From NCBI GenBank assembly GCA_024683775.1, contig GCA_024683775.1_4106.1: a DNA stretch of 64,000 nucleotides; one strand, 5' to 3'. Each line of letters opens with the position of its first letter. The first letter of the stretch is position 1. This document shows, one piece after another, positions 34,214 to 44,188 of the stretch. The translations under genes were made by a program, and so were the position numbers. The notes under the pieces were generated by a model. The model searched no databases and was not told the DNA's origin. It was given only the letters and a program-made list of their open reading frames with translations. Origin of the DNA: a phage.

Positions 34214-35371
34214 TTATGCGTTATAACCAACAATGACTACAGTACAGCCAAATGGTTCAACAACTTTTAATACAACATTATCATCTGCATCGAGTTCAAC
34301 TTCACTTAGAACAACATGATTGTCTTCAGCATAGACTTGAACTTGTGGGAGGATTTTACCATGTTCACTGGCAGGAATGGACAGTGTGTACATAGAATCA
34401 CCATCATCTACCCAATCACTATCGGTATACGTGTTGTGATATGGAGTGGTGTGTAAGGTTTTACCAATAATACTCAATGAGATTGGAGCATCATCAGTTT
34501 GGTACACAGTAATATTACCGCTAGGATCTACAATGAGGTCTACTCCAATTTGGAATAAATCACCACTGTATGCTTGTAGAGCAAGATACTCACCACGCTC
34601 ATGCACAGTAGCTGGTACAGTTGCCATGTACATACCATCGGACGTGTACTCAAACTGAGATAGAAGTACTGAAGTAACGAAGTCAATATCTTCGCCGCTT
34701 TCTAGTATATCAAATTCAATAGTTTTGGTATTATATATGTCAGAAGTGAGTATGATGGTTCCTTTACCGGATTGAGTAATTGGATCAACTGGAATACTAA
34801 AAACATCATCAATTATTTCAGTTGTGAAGTACTCGGTTCCGTCAGGAAGTATAACGGTAATACGCATTCCAGTTGTATCAATGGCTGAACCTGCGTTGAA
34901 TAGGCGACCACCTACCAAATCATCACCTACGAACGTTGGGAACATAAGGATGTTGTCTATATCTCTATCTATAATCCCGCATTCAGGGGTGTACATATTA
35001 TATAGTGTTTGTGAACTACCTAGAATTGTTTTGTGCAAAAGAAACTTATAAACAAACCCAGTAGGATCTGATTCAAGTTTAGCATCTGAGTATCCTCTTA
35101 CGAAAAAAGAGTTCTTTCTTATTTCACTTAGGATTTGGTCATTAGTTTTGTTGTAGTTTAATTGATATCCTTGTATATCCTTTGTTGTAATTTGTACTTT
35201 ACGATAAATTACATTACTTACAGGATCAAGTAAATCATATAATCTATGGCTTCTCTGACGATAGATTCGAACATTTTTGAGTTTAGTCCCATCGTTGAGA
35301 ATTGCACCATCGACTACATATCCACATTCACCGAACTTATATTGTCCAGCAGCAGCAATCGATCTTGACAT
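34214..35371 (-). CDS. hypothetical protein on the minus strand (possibly structural)
   Basis: 385 aa; ATG at 35371 preceded on the minus strand by SD ggaggg; convergent with 33354-34169. Confidence 0.6.
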   Translation of the reverse strand: MSRSIAAAGQYKFGECGYVVDGAILNDGTKLKNVRIYRQRSHRLYDLLDPVSNVIYRKVQITTKDIQGYQLNYNKTNDQILSEIRKNSFFVRGYSDAKLESDPTGFVYKFLLHKTILGSSQTLYNMYTPECGIIDRDIDNILMFPTFVGDDLVGGRLFNAGSAIDTTGMRITVILPDGTEYFTTEIIDDVFSIPVDPITQSGKGTIILTSDIYNTKTIEFDILESGEDIDFVTSVLLSQFEYTSDGMYMATVPATVHERGEYLALQAYSGDLFQIGVDLIVDPSGNITVYQTDDAPISLSIIGKTLHTTPYHNTYTDSDWVDDGDSMYTLSIPASEHGKILPQVQVYAEDNHVVLSEVELDADDNVVLKVVEPFGCTVVIVGYNA

Positions 35372-35487
35372 TCATCCCTCCATTGGTATAATTATTATAA
35401 CGTATTTATTCTAGATAGGTAAAAAAGCACCTTGACTGAGTTGTGTTTTTGACGTATACTTAAATGGAATATCAATAAGGGGATTTT

Positions 35488-36072
35488 ATGAGTGTTGTAG
35501 AAAAACGTTTAGTACTGAAAAATGGTAAAATGACTGTTAAGCTATACAAAGATGAAGCTGATTCTTTTATGGCTAAAGCAATTGAGAAATCCGAACGATA
35601 TAAAATTCTTGCACCTGCAAGTAAATCGCCGTATGGGTTTAATCACGCTCACAGTCATTTTGTTGGTATGGTATGTGAACATGCTTCATTTGTACTTTTT
35701 AATGAAATTGAAAACTATTCAGGTATTGCACTTAACATCGATCCAGCGTTCCAAAGTGATGGACGTGATGGGGAATGTGATATCAAAGTAAACAACTTAA
35801 GAATTGAAGTGAAAGGTATCAAGTACAAATCGTGGACCGACTTTGGACCATGTGTTAGTACTCGACAGTTAAAAAATATACAGAAAAAAGCTGACGTTAT
35901 TCTGTGGGTATTGTATAATGAGAAAAAGCAAGAATTCACATTTGAGGGATTCAACTATGTAAAAGACATTAGTTCGATTCCAGTTGTGCTAACAGGTGTA
36001 CCAGGGCGACCAATGATTGAAAATCACCCAGTACTGAGTATTATTAAACCACTTCAGGAGTTACCATTATGA
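35488..36072 (+). CDS. hypothetical protein; possible PD-(D/E)xK-like nuclease
   Basis: 194 aa; segment GRDGECDIKVNNLRIEVKG fits D...E-x-K spacing; weak. Confidence 0.5.
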   Translation: MSVVEKRLVLKNGKMTVKLYKDEADSFMAKAIEKSERYKILAPASKSPYGFNHAHSHFVGMVCEHASFVLFNEIENYSGIALNIDPAFQSDGRDGECDIKVNNLRIEVKGIKYKSWTDFGPCVSTRQLKNIQKKADVILWVLYNEKKQEFTFEGFNYVKDISSIPVVLTGVPGRPMIENHPVLSIIKPLQELPL

Positions 36073-36296
36073 TTACTGCCACTGTATATCAAGATATTAA
36101 TGAAGAATTTAATTCTAAAATTGCATTTTTATCCTTTCCCGTATTGCCAGCTATTGGTGCTACGTTGAATCTTACAATCTGTGGCTTTGAAAAATACTAT
36201 GAAGTACTAGATATTGAGTACTGTGCCGATGTTTATTCATGCAACAGTGAGATTGCTATTCCTGTGCAAATCGACATTATTGTAAAAGAGGTTTGA
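36069..36296 (+). CDS. hypothetical protein
   Basis: 75 aa ORF. Confidence 0.5.
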   Translation: MITATVYQDINEEFNSKIAFLSFPVLPAIGATLNLTICGFEKYYEVLDIEYCADVYSCNSEIAIPVQIDIIVKEV

Positions 36297-36757
36297 TTAT
36301 GTTTAAACACTTTCTAGTAATCACTGCTGTTGTATTCAGTACTTCCTGCTTCGTTGCACCAGTACATGCGGAAGACCAGCGTCAAACAATCAAGACGATT
36401 GGAACAGGGAAAGCCCAACCAAAACGTACTGCTGAAGAATACATGCCTGAGATGCGTGAACGTTACCGCCAGCAATACCGTGAAAAACATGCTAATGATA
36501 AGCCTATCAAAAAGCATAAATGGAATGTAGTCAAATCGCCATCGTTTTGTGCTGGGTATGCTAAGGTTAAGGATGAACAGCACAACAAGCAGTACTATAA
36601 AGATATGTACACATTCTATGATTCGAGGATCTCGGATGATGACATGATGGCTGCTAAGGTTGATAAAGAAGAATTTCTTCAGGGTTATGACATGACCGAT
36701 GATGACAAGATCATGGAATGTGTTGAAGTATATGAAAAATACAGAGGTTTTGAATGA
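36293..36757 (+). CDS. hypothetical secreted protein
   Basis: 154 aa; N-terminal signal-like segment ending ...APVHA. Confidence 0.55.
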   Translation: MIMFKHFLVITAVVFSTSCFVAPVHAEDQRQTIKTIGTGKAQPKRTAEEYMPEMRERYRQQYREKHANDKPIKKHKWNVVKSPSFCAGYAKVKDEQHNKQYYKDMYTFYDSRISDDDMMAAKVDKEEFLQGYDMTDDDKIMECVEVYEKYRGFE

Positions 36758-37197
36758 CACTTTTGCTGATTCTAGGTTTATTAGTGTCATATTTCATTTT
36801 TCTTAACATCTTCTCTGATGCATCACATTTTGCATATGCTTCAGCTATTGCAAAACACGAAGGGATAAAGAAGTATATTCCTGCATTGTTATTCTCATAT
36901 ATGTACCATCCAAGGTACTTTACACTAGGTGTGTTTGACAAGTATGTATACGACGAAAAAGCACTCAATGAAATTGAATACTTTGTAAGAACTCATGCTA
37001 ATAACAATCCAAAATCATTAATTAACTTTACTGATAATCGTAAACGTGTTAGTATTAGAAGTGACTTGTATCCTACCAGTCACTTTCATCTAGGCGATTG
37101 TAGTGTGTACAGAGTTAGATACGAAAACTTACTGTTACCACCATCACATATAAGATACATAGAAAAATACTTGTTGAAATGTGTTGACTCCAAATAG
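36754..37197 (+). CDS. hypothetical membrane-anchored protein
   Basis: 147 aa, N-terminal TM. Confidence 0.55.
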   Translation: MTLLLILGLLVSYFIFLNIFSDASHFAYASAIAKHEGIKKYIPALLFSYMYHPRYFTLGVFDKYVYDEKALNEIEYFVRTHANNNPKSLINFTDNRKRVSIRSDLYPTSHFHLGDCSVYRVRYENLLLPPSHIRYIEKYLLKCVDSK

Positions 37198-37250
37198 TAA
37201 ATGGCAGTATAATAGCTTCGTACCGCAATAACTGACAAGAGGATTTAACG

Positions 37251-37709
37251 ATGGACGTATTAGCTACTCAATTCAAACGCAACGCAGAAGAACGTGAAGG
37301 TTACCTAAGTATCAGTGAAGTGGTTGAAGATGGATTCAAGCAGTACATTTTCAACAGTGCAATTAAACTGAAGCCAACAAAAGATTCACCGGATCGCAGC
37401 TTCACAAAGTGGATTGCATTCTGGGAAGAGTCACCAATTGCAATCGAAATGACTGTCATTACTACAGTACTGGAAACTGGTTACATCAAAGCAATTGTAG
37501 TTGATAAGAAAGTTCGCACTCTTGATGAAATCGGGACATACCCAGCACGTAACTCTAAAGTATTTGGGTGTTTAGTTGATGGTAAGTTTATGATTGAAAA
37601 AGATGCTAAGAACTATGTAATTGATAAACTACAAACCAGTGCTACTAAACAGGAAGTCGTAGACCAGAACGCAGTGGATGCTATTAAAAAGGCATGGGGA
37701 CTGAAATAA
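37251..37709 (+). CDS. hypothetical protein
   Basis: 152 aa ORF. Confidence 0.55.
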   Translation: MDVLATQFKRNAEEREGYLSISEVVEDGFKQYIFNSAIKLKPTKDSPDRSFTKWIAFWEESPIAIEMTVITTVLETGYIKAIVVDKKVRTLDEIGTYPARNSKVFGCLVDGKFMIEKDAKNYVIDKLQTSATKQEVVDQNAVDAIKKAWGLK

Positions 37710-38131
37710 TGTTCACACTTAGCAATGCAAAGTATCTATTTCTTATTGCTATTATTGGTTGGGTTATGGCTCCAGTGCTTAATGCACTGGGGTTTCCAGA
37801 CGGACATAAACTTGTAAATGTTTCAGGTGTAATCCAGGGCATTTCATGGTATTCATTGATTATATTTTCTATATGTATTCATACATTTGCACGTGATTAC
37901 CGCCGTCTGCTTTTTGTTAAAGTATTCGGTACTAAGAGATATAGTTTTGTGTTTACATTTATTTTAATACCATGTATTATCTATGCTTTTGTATTTGATT
38001 ACTATACTTATCTGTGGGTGTGTGGTTCTATGTTTGTTATGTTGGAATATACAAGAACTGTTCAAAACTCATATGCTGATGAGTATTATGATCTTGAAGT
38101 TAAACGAAAATTAACGGAGCTAAACAAATGA
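37709..38131 (+). CDS. hypothetical multi-pass membrane protein
   Basis: ORF frame 37694-38131; TAATG overlap. Confidence 0.5.
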   Translation: MFTLSNAKYLFLIAIIGWVMAPVLNALGFPDGHKLVNVSGVIQGISWYSLIIFSICIHTFARDYRRLLFVKVFGTKRYSFVFTFILIPCIIYAFVFDYYTYLWVCGSMFVMLEYTRTVQNSYADEYYDLEVKRKLTELNK

Positions 38132-38553
38132 GGGGATACAATAAGATTTGTATTTTTGTATTTTTAGTTTGTGCAATCAATACATTTGGATATTACTGTA
38201 CTGAAAACAACATTTCATATGGTTTAAATCCTTTGTGGTTTACAATTGCCAATGTAGCACAAATTGGTATTGCTGTTATGTCTGCACTTATGTTCTGTCC
38301 AATTGTCACTATGGATACTGAACATGAAAGGCTTGGATTTATCCGTGATACTGGAGACGAACCTTACAGTAGATTGATTGTGTTGTATCCATTTATTGTT
38401 ATTTTAGGTACTAACATCCAACTTGGGTCTTTATCTAATAGTGTTACTTCAGCAGCCATTACAGTCTTTGCATTCACATTTTTTATGGTACACAAATCAG
38501 TACTCAAATGGCACATCACCAAAATGGCAGAGAAAGGTACAGAAAACAGTTGA
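38128..38553 (+). CDS. hypothetical multi-pass membrane protein
   Basis: 141 aa ORF. Confidence 0.55.
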   Translation: MRGYNKICIFVFLVCAINTFGYYCTENNISYGLNPLWFTIANVAQIGIAVMSALMFCPIVTMDTEHERLGFIRDTGDEPYSRLIVLYPFIVILGTNIQLGSLSNSVTSAAITVFAFTFFMVHKSVLKWHITKMAEKGTENS

Positions 38554-38612
38554 CGTGAGTTATTGAGTCATATATAATTATTACATCAAAACGGGGAAAT
38601 GGTAAGGAACTT

Positions 38613-38864
38613 ATGAACATCGATAAGGTCAAAGAACTTAGTGAAGCACTAATTAAGAACGAAGAAGCTTGTGAAGAACTTCGCAGTACTATCAAAGTTG
38701 AGTACGCACGTCTTCAAGCTATGCTTCAGGAATCCGAATGGGTTGTAACTAAATCAATCGAAGCTATCTATAAGGATATCGAATCCCTTTTCAATAAGAA
38801 AAGCAAGTTTGAATCTGATTCATATAACAAGCGTAAAGAATTGAATTCAGTACTCGGTATCTAA
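38613..38864 (+). CDS. hypothetical coiled-coil protein
   Basis: 83 aa ORF. Confidence 0.5.
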   Translation: MNIDKVKELSEALIKNEEACEELRSTIKVEYARLQAMLQESEWVVTKSIEAIYKDIESLFNKKSKFESDSYNKRKELNSVLGI

Positions 38865-38938
38865 AAGTATTTGACTTAACCAATAACATGGAGTACAATG
38901 TGCTCCTACTTTAATCAAAATCCTAAAAGGAAAACATT

Positions 38939-39199
38939 ATGAAATCTATCCTCGTTGCTGTAAACCTGGTTGCTTCCCCATCTTTCAACTTCAAACAAGT
39001 TGTTGCTGATAATCTGAAGAACATTTGCCCTAACGCTGAATTGACTTTCTGTGTGTTTGATTCAGAAAAAGTAACAACTGTTGATCTAAACTATCTTTTG
39101 AACGAAGTACAAAGTATTTCTGGTGAAAGTAATTTGGAAGTACTGAACTCCGTTGCTGATGACTATGATGATACACTTGTAATTTCGGAGAAATTCTAA
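38939..39199 (+). CDS. hypothetical protein
   Basis: 86 aa; SD aaaggaaa. Confidence 0.5.
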   Translation: MKSILVAVNLVASPSFNFKQVVADNLKNICPNAELTFCVFDSEKVTTVDLNYLLNEVQSISGESNLEVLNSVADDYDDTLVISEKF

Positions 39200-39204
39200 A
39201 TCCA

Positions 39205-39624
39205 ATGCTTAGATTTATACATTACTTAATCAGTAAGGTTTTTGGGTATCAAACTGTGGAGGACAAGGCTAATCTAGCACACAAAATCTTCACAGCTTTG
39301 TGTTCTGGTGATTATCCTGTATTGAATAAGTACTGTAAATCTAAAGCATGTATTGACATAATGGCACTTCGTATATATGAGTGCCAGTTCAATAGATACA
39401 ATTTTTACCAGTACAGATATGATAAAGATGATTTTGATAGCATTGTAATGCTAAAGAATTTATGTAATAATAAAAAGAATATTCATATATCTGAATTTGT
39501 TGCATTGTATTTTTATTTAAAAAGTTCATTGTATATGAATTCAATGCAACGATTTGATACTAGAATTAATGTATTCAACGATAAAGAATTTTATATCTAT
39601 GATAAATTTTTAGATAAGGTTTAA
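39205..39624 (+). CDS. hypothetical protein
   Basis: 139 aa ORF. Confidence 0.5.
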   Translation: MLRFIHYLISKVFGYQTVEDKANLAHKIFTALCSGDYPVLNKYCKSKACIDIMALRIYECQFNRYNFYQYRYDKDDFDSIVMLKNLCNNKKNIHISEFVALYFYLKSSLYMNSMQRFDTRINVFNDKEFYIYDKFLDKV

Positions 39625-39625
39625 T

Positions 39626-40123
39626 ATGACGACTGTTTATATTGATAAACGCTTGGGAGTATTACTTACTGATTCAAAAGTGACATCAACTGAGCAACGT
39701 TCATTTTTGAACCTATTCCCGTTGAAGCCAAAACTTAGTTATGGTGTAGTTTCACAAAAAACATTGTATGTACACGACCGACTGTTTAGTGCTTGCGGTG
39801 AAGTTAGTGAAATTAACAAAGTACTGAGATACTTGATTTCACAAGAGACTGTGATACCAGACCGCAAGGCGAGTTGTCACTGTGTTCTTGTGTCAAAAGA
39901 TTACATCATTCACTTAATCGTTAATAAGGGTAAGTTTACCAAGAAGATTGATTATCTCCATAATGATTATACATTCTTTATGGGTAGTGGTGGTGAATAC
40001 ATGCTTGATGCAGCAGTACATGAAGAGTATAATACTCTTCTTGATAAGGTATTTGATACCTTCATGGATGTTCATAACCATGATATCTATACCGATGATA
40101 ATATTAATGTATACCGTTTTTGA
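39626..40123 (+). CDS. hypothetical protein
   Basis: 165 aa ORF. Confidence 0.55.
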   Translation: MTTVYIDKRLGVLLTDSKVTSTEQRSFLNLFPLKPKLSYGVVSQKTLYVHDRLFSACGEVSEINKVLRYLISQETVIPDRKASCHCVLVSKDYIIHLIVNKGKFTKKIDYLHNDYTFFMGSGGEYMLDAAVHEEYNTLLDKVFDTFMDVHNHDIYTDDNINVYRF

Positions 40124-40145
40124 TTTCATTCATTAGGAGAAGTAA

Positions 40146-41111
40146 GTGAAAAAGCTTGATTTAAATGCAATTTCTGAAGAAGTACTGGATGAGTGTTTTG
40201 CTAGTGAAGAAGTCAACGTATTAGAGGCTCTTGATTCCGTCGAAGAAGAAGAACATGACGGTCACAAGTTTGAGAAACCAAAAACAGGTATCAGCTTAAC
40301 TCGCCCTAAAGGGATAACGAATGAAATGCTCATCCAAGCAGTGCGTGATGGTATTGACGTTGAAAAGAACATTGACCTTTTGGTTCGCTACAACTATCCA
40401 ATGGTAGTAAGTGTTGCACGTAAGTGTACATGTTTTATCCCATTTGAAGATAAGATTTCTTATGGTGTTGAAGGTTTAATGCGAGCAATTCATACGTTCG
40501 ACACTACCAAAAATGTTAAGTTCATTACATATGCAACAACAACTGTGTACATGACAATCTATAACGAAAGTGCAGATGCTAATTATCTAGTGCATTTCCC
40601 ACGTTATATGAGTGTTAATAACATTTATGTGAAACGTTGTGTAGAAGAGTATCAAAGGAAACATGGTAAATACCCAACTCCTGAGATGGTGTCAAAAGAG
40701 ACTGGTATTGAGATTCAACACGTTAAGAATTGTCTAACTTACAGTAACACTTATGTAGCATTGAATATGAAAATGAGTAATGATTCAGAAAGTACATTAT
40801 CTGACATTGTTACTTCAGTTGAACCTGATTACAACTTAGGCGTAGAAACTGTCAGTACCCCACTGGTACAAAGTATTGCAGAAATGATGAGTAACCTATC
40901 TGCCAAAGACCGTGAATTGATTGAACGTGTACATGGTATTGGTTCTTATTCTGAACCCGAAACGCTACGAGAAATCATTGAGAGTGGTTTTGAAGATGAG
41001 AAGGGTAAGGTCATGACTGCTCGTTCTTCATTGCACCGTAAGTACTCTGAAGCAATGGAACGACTGCGTAAGATGGTTAAGACAAAAGGTTATGAGTTCG
41101 AAGATTTTTAA
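40146..41111 (+). CDS. sigma-70 family RNA polymerase sigma factor (phage-encoded)
   Basis: 321 aa, GTG start with SD aggag; region-2-like NYPMVVSVARK...GVEGLMRAIHTFD...KFITYATTTVYMTI; region-4-like HTH ...LREIIESGFEDEKGKVMTARSSLHRKYSEAMERLRK. Confidence 0.7.
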   Translation: MKKLDLNAISEEVLDECFASEEVNVLEALDSVEEEEHDGHKFEKPKTGISLTRPKGITNEMLIQAVRDGIDVEKNIDLLVRYNYPMVVSVARKCTCFIPFEDKISYGVEGLMRAIHTFDTTKNVKFITYATTTVYMTIYNESADANYLVHFPRYMSVNNIYVKRCVEEYQRKHGKYPTPEMVSKETGIEIQHVKNCLTYSNTYVALNMKMSNDSESTLSDIVTSVEPDYNLGVETVSTPLVQSIAEMMSNLSAKDRELIERVHGIGSYSEPETLREIIESGFEDEKGKVMTARSSLHRKYSEAMERLRKMVKTKGYEFEDF

Positions 41112-41117
41112 GATTAA

Positions 41118-41145
41118 AGGGTTGACTTCGGTCAGCCTTTTTTTA
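41118..41145 (+). terminator. terminator-promoter cassette copy 1 (ggTTGACttcgGTCAgcc + T-run), -10 degenerate
   Basis: hairpin 41118-41137, T7 run; TTGACT 41122-41127. Confidence 0.55.
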
Positions 41146-41771
41146 TGGGACAAATTTATTAATGGTGATACAATGATCTATGTACAATCACAATGACAGT
41201 ACTGGTACTGACAATCTTCCCCTACTTCACTTGAAAATGTAAAGGATAGATGAGCTTTTCATTGTAGCGAACAGCAAAAGAAACCCGTTAGATGTGGGCA
41301 TAGTTTGAACCCCTCACGGCAATGCGGCTGTATAAAGAACCACGTTAGGATAGCTGGTGGTTCCTCGATAGACATATAAGGATAACACCTTACGAATTAT
41401 CTAAGGGAGAGTTATCGAATTTTGTACAGGAAAGTTGCGTCCAAAATTTGAGTACTCACATTAAGTATTTGATTGCATAGATACTTAATGAAGATACACT
41501 ATGTTTAAAAGTGTAGACCGTCATATGAAACTGAAGTAGAGAGAAACAGGATGACCCGCTTTCGCACTCGTTATGAGTAATCTTCAATGCAATAGCTCTG
41601 ATACCATCAGCGTCAAATTTCCCTCCGTGCGGGGGGAAGAAAAATCCCTTCCTCAAATCCCGTCAATATTAAAAGTCCTTGACAGTTATGATTCATTCGC
41701 GTAGAATACGTAGTATTAGAAGCGAACAGACATCTCGAAGAGATGGATGATTAACCATTGAGGAATATCTA

Positions 41772-41981
41772 ATGAATTCAGTAATCTTTTTAATTATTGC
41801 TCTTTCACCACAATCTGGTGTACAAATCACCCCAATGAATTCAATGAATCAATGCATTGCAGTACGTGACAGTACGTATGAACAAGTAAACAGCGTTTCA
41901 CTTAGAACAGTTGGTGAAGAATTAATGTGGTGTTACAATAGTAATACTAAAGAAAAACTAATTGTTGGACAAACAGAATGA
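41772..41981 (+). CDS. hypothetical secreted or membrane protein
   Basis: 69 aa, hydrophobic N-terminus. Confidence 0.5.
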   Translation: MNSVIFLIIALSPQSGVQITPMNSMNQCIAVRDSTYEQVNSVSLRTVGEELMWCYNSNTKEKLIVGQTE

Positions 41982-42208
41982 GTTATGGTGTTCGTTTTGA
42001 GATTCGTTCTATTGTTATCAATGACGAGAAACAAGCATCGTTGGATGGCGATATACGAGAACTATATCTATCATGTATCCGTGCGAAATCTGAAGCAGAT
42101 GCCTTAGTACAAATGTATAGTTTTAACTTTTCAAATGGATTCTATTTGGTACGAGTTATTGAAGTGAAAAAAGTACTTATTGGTTGTAGCATAGAAGGAT
42201 TAATGTAA
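41978..42208 (+). CDS. hypothetical protein
   Basis: 76 aa ORF. Confidence 0.5.
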   Translation: MSYGVRFEIRSIVINDEKQASLDGDIRELYLSCIRAKSEADALVQMYSFNFSNGFYLVRVIEVKKVLIGCSIEGLM

Positions 42209-42209
42209 A

Positions 42210-43004
42210 ATGAGCACTATAGATGAATTGATTCGCCGGAATTCAAAATACTACGACCCATCAGAAATTGTCGGCAACATTACTAAATCTGAGTTCGGCC
42301 CAAATACTCGAAAACTCATTCATGTAATGTCACGTGATGGCTTTAAATGTGATTGTTGTGGTGAATCCAATGTGGTATTCACTTTACATAAGCACAGTAC
42401 TAAAGACCGTTATAAATTCAGACCTTATGTACTTAAAGGGAAACGCCTTGTACGCATGACGTTAGACCATAATGTACTGGACTGTCTTCAGGGCGGTAAT
42501 GATAAAGAGAACATGACCGCATTGTGTGAGGATTGTAACGCATTACGCCAGCATAAGTTTGCTGAGTACAGTGAGTTTAAGCACTGGTATCATAACGCTG
42601 ATCGTTCTATCGAGCCTGACGTTAACTACTGCTTCATTGAGTATATTAAGAATGCTAAAGATACGTACATTCTTAAATCAATGTCACCTATTACAGTGTT
42701 CCCTGAGAATCTATTCAGTACTATGCAGCGTGATTTTAAACGTGGTATCATTAATGCATTCAAACATTTAGACAAAGGTATCAAGCACTTTGAGGTGCAA
42801 TGCTTAAATGAAGGAATGAATCGTTTAGTACAAATTTACATGAAATCATTTATAGGTGTTGACACCGCACGTCTACCAGTATATAATTACTTTATTGAAA
42901 GCGAAGAAGGTGAATCACTTCGTGATTATGGTGAAAGATTTAATAATAAAGTTTTCACTGCAATCGCAAACGAGATTCATTACTATAAACCATATGTAAT
43001 TTAA
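42210..43004 (+). CDS. HNH-motif protein (putative HNH endonuclease)
   Basis: 264 aa; CDCCGE...H...LDHN...GGNDKENMTALCEDCNALRQHKF. Confidence 0.5.
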   Translation: MSTIDELIRRNSKYYDPSEIVGNITKSEFGPNTRKLIHVMSRDGFKCDCCGESNVVFTLHKHSTKDRYKFRPYVLKGKRLVRMTLDHNVLDCLQGGNDKENMTALCEDCNALRQHKFAEYSEFKHWYHNADRSIEPDVNYCFIEYIKNAKDTYILKSMSPITVFPENLFSTMQRDFKRGIINAFKHLDKGIKHFEVQCLNEGMNRLVQIYMKSFIGVDTARLPVYNYFIESEEGESLRDYGERFNNKVFTAIANEIHYYKPYVI

Positions 43005-43018
43005 TTAGAGGATATATC

Positions 43019-43201
43019 ATGCAAATCATCATTCTTATCGTAGGTATCATTCTTGGTGTATATGGTCACTCCTGGATGAACGAGAAGTTCCCTAATACCC
43101 GTCCTGAGTATTGCAGTACTAATGTATTCCAGAATGGTGAGAAACCAAAGGATAGTATTGGTAAGAAACTGGACAAAGTACTTGACGTAATCAACGAATA
43201 A
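43019..43201 (+). CDS. hypothetical small membrane protein
   Basis: 60 aa ORF. Confidence 0.45.
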   Translation: MQIIILIVGIILGVYGHSWMNEKFPNTRPEYCSTNVFQNGEKPKDSIGKKLDKVLDVINE

Positions 43202-43210
43202 GGGTAAAGT

Positions 43211-43411
43211 ATGTTTAAATCAAATACAAATGTTGGTAAGAAGGTTCAATTACTTGAGGATGTATCCACCTTGAGTGGAATTTTCCCAAGAGGTCACATC
43301 ATGACTATTATTGCCGAAACATCCCGTGGGTGGGATTTGGAAGATGCTGATGGTAATCGCATCCTTGAGGCTGGATTCTATGGTCATCGTGAATATAAAA
43401 TCATTGATTAA
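43211..43411 (+). CDS. hypothetical protein
   Basis: 66 aa ORF. Confidence 0.5.
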   Translation: MFKSNTNVGKKVQLLEDVSTLSGIFPRGHIMTIIAETSRGWDLEDADGNRILEAGFYGHREYKIID

Positions 43412-43420
43412 GGATGCAAC

Positions 43421-43504
43421 ATGACTTTAGAGATTGTCTTTGGTATTGTTAGCTTAGTCGTCTGTGTGGGTTGGTTTGGGTATCTGATGATTTTTGGTGA
43501 TTAA
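43421..43504 (+). CDS. possible hydrophobic mini-peptide (27 aa)
   Basis: SD aagga; my translation MTLEIVFGIVSLVVCVGWFGYLMIFGD. Confidence 0.3.
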   Translation: MTLEIVFGIVSLVVCVGWFGYLMIFGD

Positions 43505-43507
43505 TAC

Positions 43508-43535
43508 TTGACATAAGATATCAGTACTGTATAAT
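43508..43535 (+). promoter_or_regulatory. class-B promoter TTGACA...cagtactg-TATAAT
   Basis: TTGACA 43508-43513, TATAAT 43530-43535. Confidence 0.5.
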
Positions 43536-43628
43536 GTTTATATCAAAGGGAATGCAGTGAAAGGAAAGACAGCATAATCGTACTCGTCACTGCGTTTCCA
43601 CCCTTTTAAATTAAATGAGGAATTAACT

Positions 43629-43937
43629 ATGTTTCAAACTAACACTCAAGGTTTTGTAATCATCGATTTGAACCAAAACAGCGGTTATTGGATGAAACCT
43701 ACTGACGCATGTATGCAGTTTGATTTTTTAGGTTACAGGATTAGTGTAAGTACTGGTGCTTCTGTACTGCGTGGTGGTTGTATCGTTGAACATCTGGTAA
43801 CAGATCCTGAAGGCCGTGAGTATGAAATCGCAGGTTCAGTACAAGATGCCATTATGTTTGTATGTCAGCGTGAAATGAATAGTTCGAATTCAAATGCACT
43901 GACTCATGCTCTTTCTCAAGAAGTGGAGGTTCGTTAA
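43629..43937 (+). CDS. hypothetical protein
   Basis: 102 aa ORF. Confidence 0.55.
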   Translation: MFQTNTQGFVIIDLNQNSGYWMKPTDACMQFDFLGYRISVSTGASVLRGGCIVEHLVTDPEGREYEIAGSVQDAIMFVCQREMNSSNSNALTHALSQEVEVR

Positions 43938-44188
43938 TGAAATATATCGTAGCAGTACTCGTTGCATTTTTACTCACTGCATGTGACGCTTCAACCAAAG
44001 AACGCACAAGTGATTTTATTCTCCCTATTGAATTACAAGAAGCAGGATGTAAGATTTATCGTATGCAAAAGGACGGTGCTGGCGTAACCTTGTATACAGT
44101 TTATTGCCCTAATGCAAATACCAGTACTGGATACAGCAGCGGTAAAACACGAATCAATACTTCAGTGATTAATGGAGTACAACAATGA
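43937..44188 (+). CDS. putative lipoprotein
   Basis: 83 aa; signal peptide with lipobox LTAC. Confidence 0.55.
   Translation: MKYIVAVLVAFLLTACDASTKERTSDFILPIELQEAGCKIYRMQKDGAGVTLYTVYCPNANTSTGYSSGKTRINTSVINGVQQ

Noticed and set aside
41112-41771. Group I intron or split gene in the long non-coding region
   Set aside because: No flanking gene appears interrupted (the sigma gene ends at a stop with a terminator; the downstream ORF has its own SD and start) and I could not identify conserved P/Q/R/S elements by eye.
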